Of a stretch of 64,000 nucleotides of DNA, positions 39,530-49,783 are shown piece by piece. The notes beneath the pieces are model-generated. The model saw only the letters and a program-made list of their open reading frames with translations. It did not search any database and was not told the DNA's origin. Each line of letters begins with the position of its first letter. Positions within the stretch are counted from its first letter, which is position 1. Source of the stretch: an uncultured Actinomycetes bacterium (GTDB taxonomy: Bacteria; Actinomycetota; Thermoleophilia; UBA2241); NCBI GenBank assembly GCA_963755025.1, contig CAVWIH010000024.1:1-64000 (forward strand), given 5' to 3'. The translations under genes and the position numbers were made by a program.

Positions 39530-40480
39530 TCAGATCTGGAGCTCGCCGAGCAGCGCCTTCACCTCGCTGAGGGTGTCGTCGAGGCCGAGCGCCGTGCAGG
39601 CCTTTTCAGCCTCGGTGAGCTGCAGGATGGCGTCGAGGGTCTGTCCCTGGCTGCGGTAGGCCTTGGCCAGGGCGACCTCGTCGTCGACCAGCGAGGTCAG
39701 CAGGGCGCGCACGTCGGGGTCGGCCAGGTCGAGTTGCCCGTCGCCGCTCGTCACGATGACGTCGGACAGCGACGCCGCCTCGGCGGGCGGCGCTGCGGGT
39801 GCGGCCTGGGCCGGTCGAGGCGCGGCTTCGGCTGCCGGCGCCTCGTCGACAGGCGCCGCGGGCGCGGCCTGGGTCGGCGGCGTGGCGGCGTCCGGCGGCG
39901 TGGCGGCGGCCGGCGGCGTGGCGGCGGCCGGCGGGAAGATGTCGTCGTGCGAGCCGAACGGGTCGACCGGGAAGGGGCCGGACGGCTGTGCGGCCTTCTC
40001 GGGTTCGGTCCGTTTACCCAGACCCTCGAAGCCGCGCGACAGCGGTTCGTCGAGGAACGAGCCGGCGGTCGCCGGCGGCGCGGCGGTAACGAGCGGCCGC
40101 GGCGCGGGCGCGACGCCGGCGCTCGGCGCGGCGGGAGCGGCGGTCGCAGGCGGGCCCGCCGGTGCGCTCGCAGGCGCGGTGCTCGCCGGCGCGGCTGGTG
40201 CGGCGGCCAGGGGCGCCGGGTCGGGCGGCCCGGCGGCCGGTGGCGCCGGCGCAGCGGCGGTCGTCGGGGCGGCCGGGGCGGCCGGGGCGGCCGCGGCCGC
40301 GCCGAGGCCGGTCCAGCCCGGCGGCGGTCCTGCGCCGAGGTCGGTCGGCTTGTCGGGCCTCGATGCCATCAGCCGTTCGTCTTCGCCGCGGTGGCGGACC
40401 AGGACGACGATGAGCAGCGCGGCGACGATGAGCGCCGCCACCCCGACTCCAAGCCATTGCATCTGGATCGCTGCGATCAT
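39530..40480 (-). CDS. Membrane-anchored Pro/Ala-rich hypothetical protein
   Basis: N-terminal TM helix, long PA-rich linker, C-terminal helical domain; AAGGGG RBS. Confidence 0.65.
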   Translation of the reverse strand: MIAAIQMQWLGVGVAALIVAALLIVVLVRHRGEDERLMASRPDKPTDLGAGPPPGWTGLGAAAAAPAAPAAPTTAAAPAPPAAGPPDPAPLAAAPAAPASTAPASAPAGPPATAAPAAPSAGVAPAPRPLVTAAPPATAGSFLDEPLSRGFEGLGKRTEPEKAAQPSGPFPVDPFGSHDDIFPPAAATPPAAATPPDAATPPTQAAPAAPVDEAPAAEAAPRPAQAAPAAPPAEAASLSDVIVTSGDGQLDLADPDVRALLTSLVDDEVALAKAYRSQGQTLDAILQLTEAEKACTALGLDDTLSEVKALLGELQI

Positions 40481-40576
40481 GGCGTTCCCCTTAGGTCACG
40501 TGAGTCTCGAGTGCCAAGTTCTTCTCTTGTCGACCGTTCCCTCCGGTCGCTTGAAGGGGGCGGTAGAATCGGCGGC

Positions 40577-41589
40577 ATGATCGACCCAGCCGTGCTGCGC
40601 GCAACGATGACCGACCTCGACCAGCCGGCGTATCGCGCCACCCAGGTCTACCAGGCCCTCACGCGGGGCCTGGTCACCGACTTCGCCGCGATCAACGTGC
40701 TGCCGGCAGTCCTGCGGGGCGCCCTCGCCGAGCGCCTGCAGCCCGTCTCGCTGACGCCGGTCGAGAGCCGCGCGGCGGCCACCGGCGAGGCGCGCAAGAC
40801 GCTGTTCGCCACCGCCGATGGGCGCGCCGTCGAGGCGGTGCTCATGGTCTACCCCCGTCGTGCGACGGTGTGCGTGTCGAGCCAGGTCGGCTGCTCGGTG
40901 CGCTGCGCCTTCTGCGCGTCGGGCGCGCGCGGCCTGGTGCGTGACCTCACGGCCGAGGAGATGGTCGACCAGGTGCTGCACTTCGCCCGCGAGCTGCGCG
41001 GCGCCGGCCGGGCCGTCACCAACGTGGTCTTCATGGGCATGGGAGAGCCGTTCCACAACTACGACGGACGCTGCGCGCCTGCCGCCTGCTGAACGACCCC
41101 GACGGGTTCGGTCTCGGGGCCCGCGGCGTGTCGATCTCGACGGCGGGGGTCGTGCCGGCCTTGCGGCGCTTCACCGACGAGGAGTCGCAGATCAATCTGG
41201 CCGTGAGCCTGCACGCCGCCACCGACGAGCTGCGCGACCGGCTCGTGCCGCTCAACCGCCGCTACCCGCTCGACGTGCTGCTCGCGGCATGCGCCGACTA
41301 CGTCGCGCGCCGCCGCCGCAAGCTCTTCTTCGAGTACGTCGTGCTGGCCGGCGTCAACGACGGCGACGACCAGGTAAAGGCCCTCGTGCGGCGTCTGCGC
41401 AAGCCGCTCTATCACCTGAACCTGATCGCCTACAACGAGACCGGCGGCGAGTTCGCGCGCCCCCGGGCGCGCGAGCTCGCCGCCCTGGGCGAACGGCTCG
41501 CCGCCGCCGGCCTGTCGTGCACCGTCAGGCGCTCGCCGGGGGGAGAGATCGAGGCGGCCTGCGGCCAGCTCGCCGGCGCGCGCGCCTGA
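40577..41589 (+). CDS. rlmN: 23S rRNA/tRNA m2A radical SAM methyltransferase RlmN (1-nt frameshift at about 41066)
   Basis: CVSSQVGCSVRCAFC, NVVFMGMGEP, ISTAG, LAVSLHA, EYV..GVND, AACGQL. Confidence 0.92.
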
Positions 41590-41615
41590 TCGGCTCGCGG
41601 CCGGTCCGTAGTCGG

Positions 41616-42674
41616 TCAGAACGAGGAGGCAGGCAGACGTTCGCGCAGGCGAGCGGCGGCGTCGCGCGGGTCGACCGGGTCGACGCTGATGCCGGTGCCC
41701 AGCTCAAAGCCGGCGGCGGTCGTGAGGCGCGGGGCGATCTCGATGTGCCAGTGGAAGGGCGGCCCGTCGCCGCCCTTGGGGGCGCCGCAAGGGACGGTGT
41801 GCAGCCAGGCGTTCAGCGGTGCGTCGGCGGTGGCCGCGGCGACCGCGCTCAGGGCGCGCTTGAAGGCCGCGGCGACGGCGCCCGGGTCGGCGCCCAGAGC
41901 GTCGGCCTGGTGTGCGCGCGGCGCGAGGCGCAGCTCGTAGGGCCAGCGCGAGGCGTCGGGCGTCCAGGCCACGAGCGGCTCGTCGAACACCAGGCGCGAG
42001 CCCTCGTCGACGATCGCGGCCATCATGTCGCACAGGAGGCAGCGGCCGTACTTCACCTGGTAGCGCGCGAACTGCTCGAGCTCGTCGGTGAGCACGGGCG
42101 GCACGATCGGCGTGGCGAAGATCTGGGAGTGGGGATGGGCCAGCGACGCGCCGGCGGCGCGGCCGTGGTTCAGGATGACCGTGACCGCGGCCGCGCCGCC
42201 GGCGCACAGCGCGGCGATGCGCCGCTGGTACATGGTCACCACGGCGGTCACTTCGGCGAGCGGCTGGGCGTACAGCGGCAGGTCGTGGCGCGGCGAGTGC
42301 ACGACGACCTCGTGGCCGCCCTCGAAGACCGGGAACTTGTTGGGCACGACGCGCACGGTCCAGCCCGGCGTGTCGGGGGCGCCGCCGGCCGGGCGCAGGG
42401 CGTCGAGCTCGGGCGGGGTCAGGCCTTCGTGGCCCTCGCAGAACGGACAGTCGGCCGCGGTCGCATGGGCCGCCGGCGCGGGGGTCGCCGCCGGCGCGGG
42501 CAAGGCCGCTGTCGCGGCTGTCGCGGCTGGGGCGGCGTTGTCGGTATCGCGCGCGTCGGCGACCGCGGTGTCGTGATGCGCCGCGTCGTGGGGACGGGCG
42601 CCGCGGCGCGGCGCGATCACCGTCCAGGCGCCGCTCAGAGGATCGCGCCGCAGGCCGCCCGGGGAGTCGCTCAC
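41616..42674 (-). CDS. galT: Galactose-1-phosphate uridylyltransferase family
   Basis: RRDPLSG.W, CPFCEG.E, NKFP, NHG..AGASLAHPHSQ, FHWHIEI.PRL...AGFELG. Confidence 0.85.
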   Translation of the reverse strand: MSDSPGGLRRDPLSGAWTVIAPRRGARPHDAAHHDTAVADARDTDNAAPAATAATAALPAPAATPAPAAHATAADCPFCEGHEGLTPPELDALRPAGGAPDTPGWTVRVVPNKFPVFEGGHEVVVHSPRHDLPLYAQPLAEVTAVVTMYQRRIAALCAGGAAAVTVILNHGRAAGASLAHPHSQIFATPIVPPVLTDELEQFARYQVKYGRCLLCDMMAAIVDEGSRLVFDEPLVAWTPDASRWPYELRLAPRAHQADALGADPGAVAAAFKRALSAVAAATADAPLNAWLHTVPCGAPKGGDGPPFHWHIEIAPRLTTAAGFELGTGISVDPVDPRDAAARLRERLPASSF

Positions 42675-42720
42675 CGCCGCGCGAGCCGGCCGCCGGCCGC
42701 CTGGGGAGCGCCGGGAGCGG

Positions 42721-43698
42721 TCACGGCTTGAAGACGAACGTGTCGCCGCCGGCCTGCTTGGCTTCGTAGAGCGCGCCGTCGGCGCGCGCCAGCACGAGCG
42801 CGCCGCTGTCGTCGTCGGGGCGCACCAGGGTGGCGCCGATCGAGATGGTCATGGCGAGCGACTCTTCGCTGGGCGTGACAAAGCGCGAGCCGCGCACCGA
42901 ATGCAGGGCGCGCTCGCCGAGGCGGCGCAGATCGTCGTCGGCGCCCACGGCGCTCACCACCACGAACTCGTCGCCGCCGTAGCGCGCCAGCAGGTCGACC
43001 TTGCGGGTGCCGTCGGACAGGATGGTGGCCACGAACTTCAGGGCCTCGTCGCCGGTGGCGTGGCCGAAGGAGTCGTTGACCGGCTTGAAGTCGTCGATGT
43101 CGATCTCGATCACGCCGAAGCGCTGTCCGATGCGCTTGTACAGGTCGATCTGCTGGTCGAGCACGATGTCGATGTAGCGGCGGTTGAAGAGGCCGGTGAG
43201 CGGGTCGGTGACCGCCGAGTCGGAGAGCTTCTGGATGAGGCGCGTGACCTCGCGGCCGGCCACCGTTTCGAGCTCGCCGAAGACCTCGACGCCGTAGTAG
43301 CCGCCGTCGAGCGAGAAGCGCCGTGTCTTGACGTAGACCGCCAGGCGCTCGCCGTCTTCGCGCTTGAGCAGCACTTCGTTCACCGAGCGCGCGTGGCCGT
43401 CGGCGATGCAGCTCTGGAGCGGGCAGGCGTCGGTGCAGAGCTTGTGCCCGTAGACGTCCTGGTGGACCAGGATGTCGTCGTAGCAATGGCTGCCCACCAC
43501 GTCGGACGCCGGGTAGCCGGTGATGCGCGCGGCGCCCTCGCTCCAGTAGACGATCTCGCGCTGGTCGTTGGTGACGTAGAGGCCTTCGGGGATGGCGTCG
43601 ATCAGGTCGGTGAGGAACCGGTCGAAGGTACGCCGTCCGGCAGACGCGGCCCGGCGCTCGAAGTCGGGCGGCGGCCGGCGCAGGGGGTCGGTGCTCAT
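42721..43698 (-). CDS. PAS-domain diguanylate cyclase
   Basis: PAS region, TDPLTGLFNRR, DIDDFKPVNDSFGH, RKVD I-site, intact GGDEF. Confidence 0.92.
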   Translation of the reverse strand: MSTDPLRRPPPDFERRAASAGRRTFDRFLTDLIDAIPEGLYVTNDQREIVYWSEGAARITGYPASDVVGSHCYDDILVHQDVYGHKLCTDACPLQSCIADGHARSVNEVLLKREDGERLAVYVKTRRFSLDGGYYGVEVFGELETVAGREVTRLIQKLSDSAVTDPLTGLFNRRYIDIVLDQQIDLYKRIGQRFGVIEIDIDDFKPVNDSFGHATGDEALKFVATILSDGTRKVDLLARYGGDEFVVVSAVGADDDLRRLGERALHSVRGSRFVTPSEESLAMTISIGATLVRPDDDSGALVLARADGALYEAKQAGGDTFVFKP

Positions 43699-44447
43699 GG
43701 GTCGATGCCGAGGTGGCCGTCGGACCCCAGGGCGGTTTCGAGCGTGGGCTTTTCGGAGCCTTCGCGCGATTTGTAGAGGAGCTGCGAGTCTTGCACGCGC
43801 TCGTAGTCGTCGTCGATGATCGCCCCCATGCGGCGCCACAGGCAGAGGTCTTTCTTCAAGTACTTCTCCTTGATGCGCGGGCTGCACTCGGCGGCGACGG
43901 GGCAGCCGTAGCACACCTCGTTGTCGACCACCGTCTTGCTCGTCTTCATGACCTCGCCCTCGTCGATGCGCCGGTAGGCGTCGAGCAGCAGCGCCTGCAC
44001 GCTGCCCACGATGCGTATGGTGAACTCGGGCATGGCGTCGGATTCGTCGAACTCGAACACGCCGTTCTGCCAGTGCGCCAGCGCGAAGATCTGGTCGAGG
44101 GTCTGTTTGGCCATGATATCGCGCACCTGGTCGGCGGTGATGTAGCCCTTGTCGAGCAGGCGCTGGCCGAGCGGCTTGGCCTTCTTCTGCTCTTTGCTGA
44201 GCAGCGTGTCGGCCATGAGCACCTCGGAGAGCTGTTGCTCGGTGAGCAGGCCGGCGCGCACCAGGCGGGTGCCCAGCTTTTCGTCGGTCATGGGCAGCGA
44301 GATTGCCTGCACACGCCCGTCGATCAGGTAGATGAACCCGAACTCGTCGAAGTCGCGCACCTCGATGATGCCCGTCGCTTGACCCTGCGCCAGAAACTGC
44401 AAGACGCTCGCCAGGTCGAACCTTCGTATGGAACCAGACAGCAGCAT
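43695..44447 (-). CDS. DUF4388 (PatA N-terminal-like) protein with Cys-rich C-terminus
   Basis: LSGSI..FDLASVLQ, LG..LV..G repeats, W..G.FEF, LLLDAYRRIDE; CYGC.....C tail. Confidence 0.8.
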   Translation of the reverse strand: MLLSGSIRRFDLASVLQFLAQGQATGIIEVRDFDEFGFIYLIDGRVQAISLPMTDEKLGTRLVRAGLLTEQQLSEVLMADTLLSKEQKKAKPLGQRLLDKGYITADQVRDIMAKQTLDQIFALAHWQNGVFEFDESDAMPEFTIRIVGSVQALLLDAYRRIDEGEVMKTSKTVVDNEVCYGCPVAAECSPRIKEKYLKKDLCLWRRMGAIIDDDYERVQDSQLLYKSREGSEKPTLETALGSDGHLGIDP

Positions 44448-44551
44448 GGGTATTTGCTTCGCTCCCCTTTCCTGCTGGTTTTCGGCAGAGTATGGCAGAA
44501 ATGTTAGGATGGTCTGACGTTGCCGGCAAGCCGCGAGGGCTCGGGTGCGCG

Positions 44552-44581
44552 TTGACCCTGCCTCGCGGGGCTGGCTATACT
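44552..44581 (+). promoter_or_regulatory. sigma70-type promoter of rpmH operon
   Basis: TTGACC-18 nt-TATACT upstream of rpmH. Confidence 0.7.
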
Positions 44582-44617
44582 AACCCCTTTGGATGTCAGT
44601 GAACGAGCGAGGACGCT

Positions 44618-44752
44618 GTGAAGAGGACCTATCAGCCCAACACCCGCAAGCGCAGCAAGACCCACGGATTTCGCAAGCGGATGAGCACAAAGGCGGGTCG
44701 GTCGGTGATCAAGCGGCGGCGTCAAAAGGGACGCAAGCGGCTAAGCGCCTGA
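44618..44752 (+). CDS. rpmH: 50S ribosomal protein L34 (not in ORF track)
   Basis: Manual translation [44 protein letters not shown]. Confidence 0.97.
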   Translation: MKRTYQPNTRKRSKTHGFRKRMSTKAGRSVIKRRRQKGRKRLSA

Positions 44753-44763
44753 CCGAACGGCGC

Positions 44764-45144
44764 ATGGCGGCCAAGCGCTCGCGGCTCTCCCGCTCCAGCG
44801 ATTTCCAGCGTGTTTACCGCCAGGGTCGCTCGACCGCATCGCGATTTCTGGTGTTGCACTACTTCGCCCAACCGGCCGGCACGGTCGACCAGGCGCCGCG
44901 TCTCGGCCTGTCCGTGTCCAAGAAACTCGGCGGGGCGGTCGTGCGTAACCGCGTCAAACGCCTCTTGCGCGAGGCGTTTCGTGCGAACGCCGAACGGCTG
45001 CCCGGAGACTACGACTACGTGCTGATCGCCCGCCCGCAACTCACCGAACTGCTCGACGCTCCCGACAAGGGCGCCGTGCCCGCGGCCGTACGCGACGTCT
45101 TCGTGCGCGCCGGCTTGCTCGAGAAAGGTCAAACCGAGGCATGA
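44764..45144 (+). CDS. rnpA: RNase P protein component
   Basis: [25 protein letters not shown] (RNR motif). Confidence 0.95.
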   Translation: MAAKRSRLSRSSDFQRVYRQGRSTASRFLVLHYFAQPAGTVDQAPRLGLSVSKKLGGAVVRNRVKRLLREAFRANAERLPGDYDYVLIARPQLTELLDAPDKGAVPAAVRDVFVRAGLLEKGQTEA

Positions 45145-45365
45145 TCCGCAAGCTCTTCATCGCCCCGATCAGGTTCTACCAGTACGCCATCTCGCCCCTG
45201 TTCGGGCCGCGCTGCAAGTACTACCCAAGCTGTTCCGAGTACACGGTGCAGGCCATCCGCGAGCACGGACCCCTGAAGGGCATCGGGCTCGGCGCCTGGC
45301 GCATCCTGCGCTGCAACCCCTTCAGTCACGGCGGCGTCGACCACGTGCCGCCGCGGCATGCCTAG
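45141..45365 (+). CDS. yidD: Membrane protein insertion efficiency factor
   Basis: [33 protein letters not shown]. Confidence 0.95.
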   Translation: MIRKLFIAPIRFYQYAISPLFGPRCKYYPSCSEYTVQAIREHGPLKGIGLGAWRILRCNPFSHGGVDHVPPRHA

Positions 45366-45368
45366 CCC

Positions 45369-46433
45369 ATGCTGACGCTCCTGCCGCATCTCGCGACCGT
45401 AGTCGCCAGCTTCCAGCACAACCCGGTCTTCCACGCGCTCGGTCAGATCTTCGGCCCGCTGGTCGACCTGCTGCGCGGTATCCTGCGCGCCATCCACGGC
45501 GTCATCGGCAGCTGGGGCTGGTCGATCATCATCCTCACCATCATCGTGCGGCTCATCCTCATGCCGCTCACCTTCAAGCAGTACCGCTCGGCGCAGTCCA
45601 TGACCAAGCTGCAGCCCAAGATCAAAGAGCTGCAGCGCAAGTACAAGAACGACAAGCGCAAGCTGCAAGAAGAGACCATGAAGCTCTACCAGGAGTATCG
45701 GGTCAACCCGTTCGCGTCGTGCCTGCCGCTCCTGTTGCAGATGCCGATCTTCATCTGCCTGTACTACGCGATCAGGTTCACCCCCGAGATCCGCACCTCG
45801 AGCTTCTGGATCATCCCGTCGCTGGGCAAGCCCTACCTGCCGCTGTTCGCGATCTACATCATCTCGCAGTTCGTCTCGACCGAGCTCATGATGCAGCCCG
45901 AGACCGAGAAGCAGCAAAAGTGGCTCATGCGCGGCATGCCGATCATCTTCATCTTCATCCTCTTCCGGTTCCCCTCGGGCCTCATGCTCTACTGGGTCAC
46001 GACGAACCTCTGGACGATCATGCAGCAGGTCATCATCCGTAAGACCGCGCCCAAGCACGCGCCCGAGCCGCTCGGACCAAAGCCGCCAGGCCGCTTCATG
46101 CGCGCCCTCTCGCAGGCGCAGGCCAAGGCGGCCGAGACGGCGCAGAGCAAGACCGATGGCGCCGTGCCGCGCGGCACGAGCGACGGCGCCAAGGGTTCCG
46201 CCGGCCGGCAGGGCGCCGGCAAGAGCGGCTCCGCCAAGGGTTCGGCACGGCCGGGCACCGCCAAGAACTCAGCCTCAAAGCAGGGCACCGCCAAGAACGG
46301 CGGCGACCGCCCGACGCAAAAGCGACCAGGCCAGCAGCGGCCGGCGGGCAAAGGCGGGGCGCAACCGGGCGGCAAGCGTCCCCCTCGACCGAGTGGAGCG
46401 AGCGATGGACCAAAGCGTAAGCCCACCTCCTGA
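45369..46433 (+). CDS. yidC: YidC/Oxa1 membrane insertase
   Basis: WGWSIIILTIIVR, LQPKIKELQ, NPFASCLP..LQMP, GLMLYW. Confidence 0.95.
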   Translation: MLTLLPHLATVVASFQHNPVFHALGQIFGPLVDLLRGILRAIHGVIGSWGWSIIILTIIVRLILMPLTFKQYRSAQSMTKLQPKIKELQRKYKNDKRKLQEETMKLYQEYRVNPFASCLPLLLQMPIFICLYYAIRFTPEIRTSSFWIIPSLGKPYLPLFAIYIISQFVSTELMMQPETEKQQKWLMRGMPIIFIFILFRFPSGLMLYWVTTNLWTIMQQVIIRKTAPKHAPEPLGPKPPGRFMRALSQAQAKAAETAQSKTDGAVPRGTSDGAKGSAGRQGAGKSGSAKGSARPGTAKNSASKQGTAKNGGDRPTQKRPGQQRPAGKGGAQPGGKRPPRPSGASDGPKRKPTS

Positions 46434-47133
46434 CGAGCAGGCCGACGAGACCGACTTCGCCACGGTGGCCAGCGCGCCCACCGTCGAGGCGGCCAAGCAG
46501 AAGGCGCTCGAGCAACTGCGCAAGGTCGTGCCCTACGTTCGCGAAGAAGACATCGAGTTCATGGTCGTCGACGAAGGCGGCCAGGGCGGCTTTCTAGGGA
46601 TGGGCAAGTCGCAGCCGCGGGTCGAGGCCCGCGTGCTGCCCGGCGCATCGGCGGCCGTCGGCGACGTGGTCGACGCCGACGACGCCCTCGAAAAGCTCGA
46701 CGCCTTCATCACTCGCGTGACCACCGGCATGGGCCTCGACGTCGACGTCGAGGTCTCGCAGTCCGGCGAGGCCGTCGTGGCCGACATCGCGGGCGACGAC
46801 CTCGGGCTGCTGATCGGCCGTCACGGCCAGACCCTCGACGCGCTGCAGTACCTGGCGGCGATCGTCGTCAACGGACACGCGCACGCCCGGCGCCAGGTCA
46901 TCGTCGACGCCGAAGGCTACCGCAACCGCCGCGAGGTCTCCCTCAAGTCGGTCGCCGAGCACGCCGCGCAGAAGGTCGAGCGCACGCACAGCGAGCTCGT
47001 GCTCAAGCCCATGACGGCCGCCGAGCGCAAGATCGTGCACCTGCACCTCAAGGACCACCCCCAGGTCGAGACCCGCTCCGAAGGCGACGAGCCGCAGCGC
47101 TCGGTGATCGTCTCTCCGCGCAAGCGCGTGTAG
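46405..47133 (+). CDS. jag: Jag/EloR (KhpB) KH-R3H RNA-binding protein
   Basis: GFLGMG Jag_N, LIGRHGQTLDALQ KH, ERKIVH R3H, SEGDEPQR. Confidence 0.93.
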   Translation: MDQSVSPPPDEQADETDFATVASAPTVEAAKQKALEQLRKVVPYVREEDIEFMVVDEGGQGGFLGMGKSQPRVEARVLPGASAAVGDVVDADDALEKLDAFITRVTTGMGLDVDVEVSQSGEAVVADIAGDDLGLLIGRHGQTLDALQYLAAIVVNGHAHARRQVIVDAEGYRNRREVSLKSVAEHAAQKVERTHSELVLKPMTAAERKIVHLHLKDHPQVETRSEGDEPQRSVIVSPRKRV

Positions 47134-47248
47134 CACCCGGTCAAGCCCGGCGGCGCTGCCGCCGATAGAGGTCAGTACCATCACGTTGAAGAGGCATCGG
47201 ATCGCGATGCGTGGCTATGGCCTCGCGCGGCCCGAGAAGGGAGCGCTC

Positions 47249-48205
47249 ATGCGAAAAGCCCTCGTCATCATCCTCGGCGCCGCGCTGATCGCGCTCGCGT
47301 CGGTGGCGGCCGCGTGCGGCTCGTCGAGCCCAAGCGCCTCGTCATCATCGACGGCGCCGCCGGCCACGGCCGGAGGCATGACCGCCGCCCAGATCCTGAC
47401 GCGCGCCCAGCACGCCATGGGCAAGGTCAGCAGCGCACGCTTCGCGGCCGACGTCACGCTCAAGATGGCGTCGAACGGCTCGAGCGCGCAGGCCGCGCTC
47501 CTGGGCCAGGCGCCCGTCGCCCTGCACGTCGCCGGCAACGCGGGCGGCGCCGGCAAGGCCCCCGCCGCCAACCTCTTCCTCACGCTCCAGGTCGCCGGTC
47601 AGCACCTCACCTACGGCGTCAAGGTGTCCGACAAGCGCGTGTGGGTGCAGTACCACGGCAAGTGGTACGTGGCGTCCGCCTCGAGCACCGGAGCGGCTTC
47701 GAAGAAGAGTTCGAGCGCCTCACGGCTCGGCGTCGGCATCGACCCGGCGAAGTGGGCCGCCTCGAGCACGGTCACAGTCGTGCAACTGAACGGCGCCAAG
47801 GTCTACCACGTCACGACCACCGCCAACACGGCCAAAGTCGTGAGCGACCTCATCAAGGCGCTCAACGTTCCCGGCGTGGCCAGGTCGGCCGGCAGCGGCG
47901 CCGCCGCCCTCGGCCAGCTCAAGAGCTCAGGCCAGCTCAAGAGCATCGAGAAGTCGCTGGCCTCGGCGTCGGTGCAGTACTGGATCGACGCCTCCACGTT
48001 CCTCGTGCAGAAGGGCACGATCGACGCCAAGCTCAAGTTCGGCGGCGCCACGGCCGCGTCGGGCGTGAGCGGCCTGGGCGTCCACATCGGCTACGCGCTC
48101 GACCACTTCGGCGCGCCCGTCACGGTGAGCCCGCCCAAGCACGCGCTGCCGCTCAAGTCGCTCACCAACAGCCTGTCGCCGCTCGCGGCCGGGATCGGCG
48201 CCTGA
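47249..48205 (+). CDS. Lipoprotein, possibly LppX/LolA-like fold
   Basis: Signal peptide with AAAC lipobox, Ser-rich linker, YWID and V.V.PP C-terminal pattern. Confidence 0.7.
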   Translation: MRKALVIILGAALIALASVAAACGSSSPSASSSSTAPPATAGGMTAAQILTRAQHAMGKVSSARFAADVTLKMASNGSSAQAALLGQAPVALHVAGNAGGAGKAPAANLFLTLQVAGQHLTYGVKVSDKRVWVQYHGKWYVASASSTGAASKKSSSASRLGVGIDPAKWAASSTVTVVQLNGAKVYHVTTTANTAKVVSDLIKALNVPGVARSAGSGAAALGQLKSSGQLKSIEKSLASASVQYWIDASTFLVQKGTIDAKLKFGGATAASGVSGLGVHIGYALDHFGAPVTVSPPKHALPLKSLTNSLSPLAAGIGA

Positions 48206-48252
48206 CGGCCCGGCCCCAGGCGAGTCGCCGTCGGGGCGACTGACTCCCCAAG

Positions 48253-48300
48253 GCAAAAGAAGCGGCGGGCGGCCCCATTGGGGCCGCCCGCCGCTTTTGC
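48253..48300. terminator. Bidirectional intrinsic terminator between convergent genes
   Basis: AAAAGAAGCGGCGGGCGGCCCC-ATT-GGGGCCGCCCGCCGCTTTT. Confidence 0.85.
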
Positions 48301-48356
48301 GTGAAGAGAGGAGCGCTGCGCGGCCGTGGGCCGCGTAACGGGTGTCGGGTACCGCT

Positions 48357-49657
48357 TTAGCGACCCCAGTCGAAGTCGGGGGCCCGCTTTGACTTCCAGT
48401 CGGCAGGTACGTTCTCGTCGTCGGTGCGCTGGCCCATCATCGACTTCGAGATGATGACGCCGCTCGTGACGTTGGTGGGCTTTGGGTCGGAGGTGTCTTT
48501 GGGCGTGGGCGCCTTGATCTGGCTGGGCGCGAGCTGGACCGTGCCGTCGGTGCGCGAGCTGGCGTTGGGGCGCAGGTCGACCCGCTCCTCGTAGCCGCGG
48601 TCGGCCAGCGTGATGCGGCCGGCGTCGACGAGCTCGACGCGGAACTGGTACCAGCCCATCGTCCACATGAACGTGATGAGCAGGCTGTCCTGGTTCTCGC
48701 AGCCCACGTGTACCTGGGGGATGCCGAGGTTCTCGTTGGTCTCGACCACGCGCTTGGGCACGGCGCTCACGTTGAGCAGATCGACACCGCGCTGCAGGAT
48801 GGTGAGGGGCACGAAGTCGTCGGTCTCGGGCTCGGGTTCGAAGCCCGCCGCCACCGGCGTCGCCGCGCGGTCGTCGAACGGCGCCGCGCGCGGTCGTCGA
48901 ACGGCGCCGCGCCGCCCGGCGTGGCCGCGAAGGTCTCGTGCGGCCCGTCGTCGAAGGGCGCTCGCGCGCTCGGCGGGGCCGCGGTGTCGGCGCCGCCCTG
49001 GTACTGGGCGGCAAGCGCGCCGGCGCCGGCCTCGGCTCGCGCCGCGTCGCGCAGCGCTTTGCCCAGCCCCGGATCGGTGTGCTCGAGATGGCGGGTCGCC
49101 GCCGCTACCGGCGCGTCGCTCGCCAGTGCCGCGATCTCGCCGCGCTCTGTGGCCGGCGGCTCGGTGGCATCGACGGCGTCGACGTCTTTGAGGTCGGCCG
49201 CCGAGTACTCGGCCGTCTCGGCGCCGACGTCGTCGTGCGCGGCCGGCCCGGCAGGCGCCTCGGTCGGCAGGGGCACGAGCGGCACCACCGCGGCGACGTG
49301 GCCGCGCGACTCGGCGAGCTGTGCGGCGAGCTCCTGGTTTTCGGCTTCGGCGCGCGCCAGCAGGCCTTCGAGGCGGGCGATCTCTGTGTCTTTGTCTTTG
49401 AGCGCGCGCCAGAAGGCGTCGCTGTCGTTGCGCGCCGGCCTGACGCGTCCGTTGGTGACGGTGGCGCCGTCGTCGACCGGGTCGGCCGTGGCCGAAACGT
49501 CGCCGGAACGGGCGCACAGCGCGCAGATGAAGCGCTCGGTCCCGTCGTTGTCGACCACGCGCTGCGTCCACTCGCCGGCCAGCAGGGTGCGTCCGCAGGT
49601 GCTGCAGACGGTGTCGTCGCGATCGTCCTTCGTGCGTCCGAAAAGGCGTCCTAGCAT
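48357..49657 (-). CDS. Hypothetical protein with N-terminal Zn-ribbon and coiled coil (frameshift in repeat at about 48890)
   Basis: CSTCG...CALC, coiled coil, acidic linker; globular C-terminal part in another frame. Confidence 0.6.
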
Positions 49658-49783
49658 GGTCCGCTCCACGGTTTTCGGGGGCTGTAGTCAGGCTGGGGCA
49701 GTAGCCCACAAGGCCATTCATGGTACCAGACTTCGCAAGCCCCCGGTCGTCCCGCCGTGGTCACCACGCGCGGAACCGGACGG

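Noticed and set aside
40577-41589. rlmN as pseudogene or programmed frameshift
   Set aside because: Single-base loss with all motifs intact and no slippery site; a sequencing indel is more likely
44448-44617. oriC upstream of rpmH
   Set aside because: No DnaA-box cluster, no AT-rich unwinding element and no dnaA
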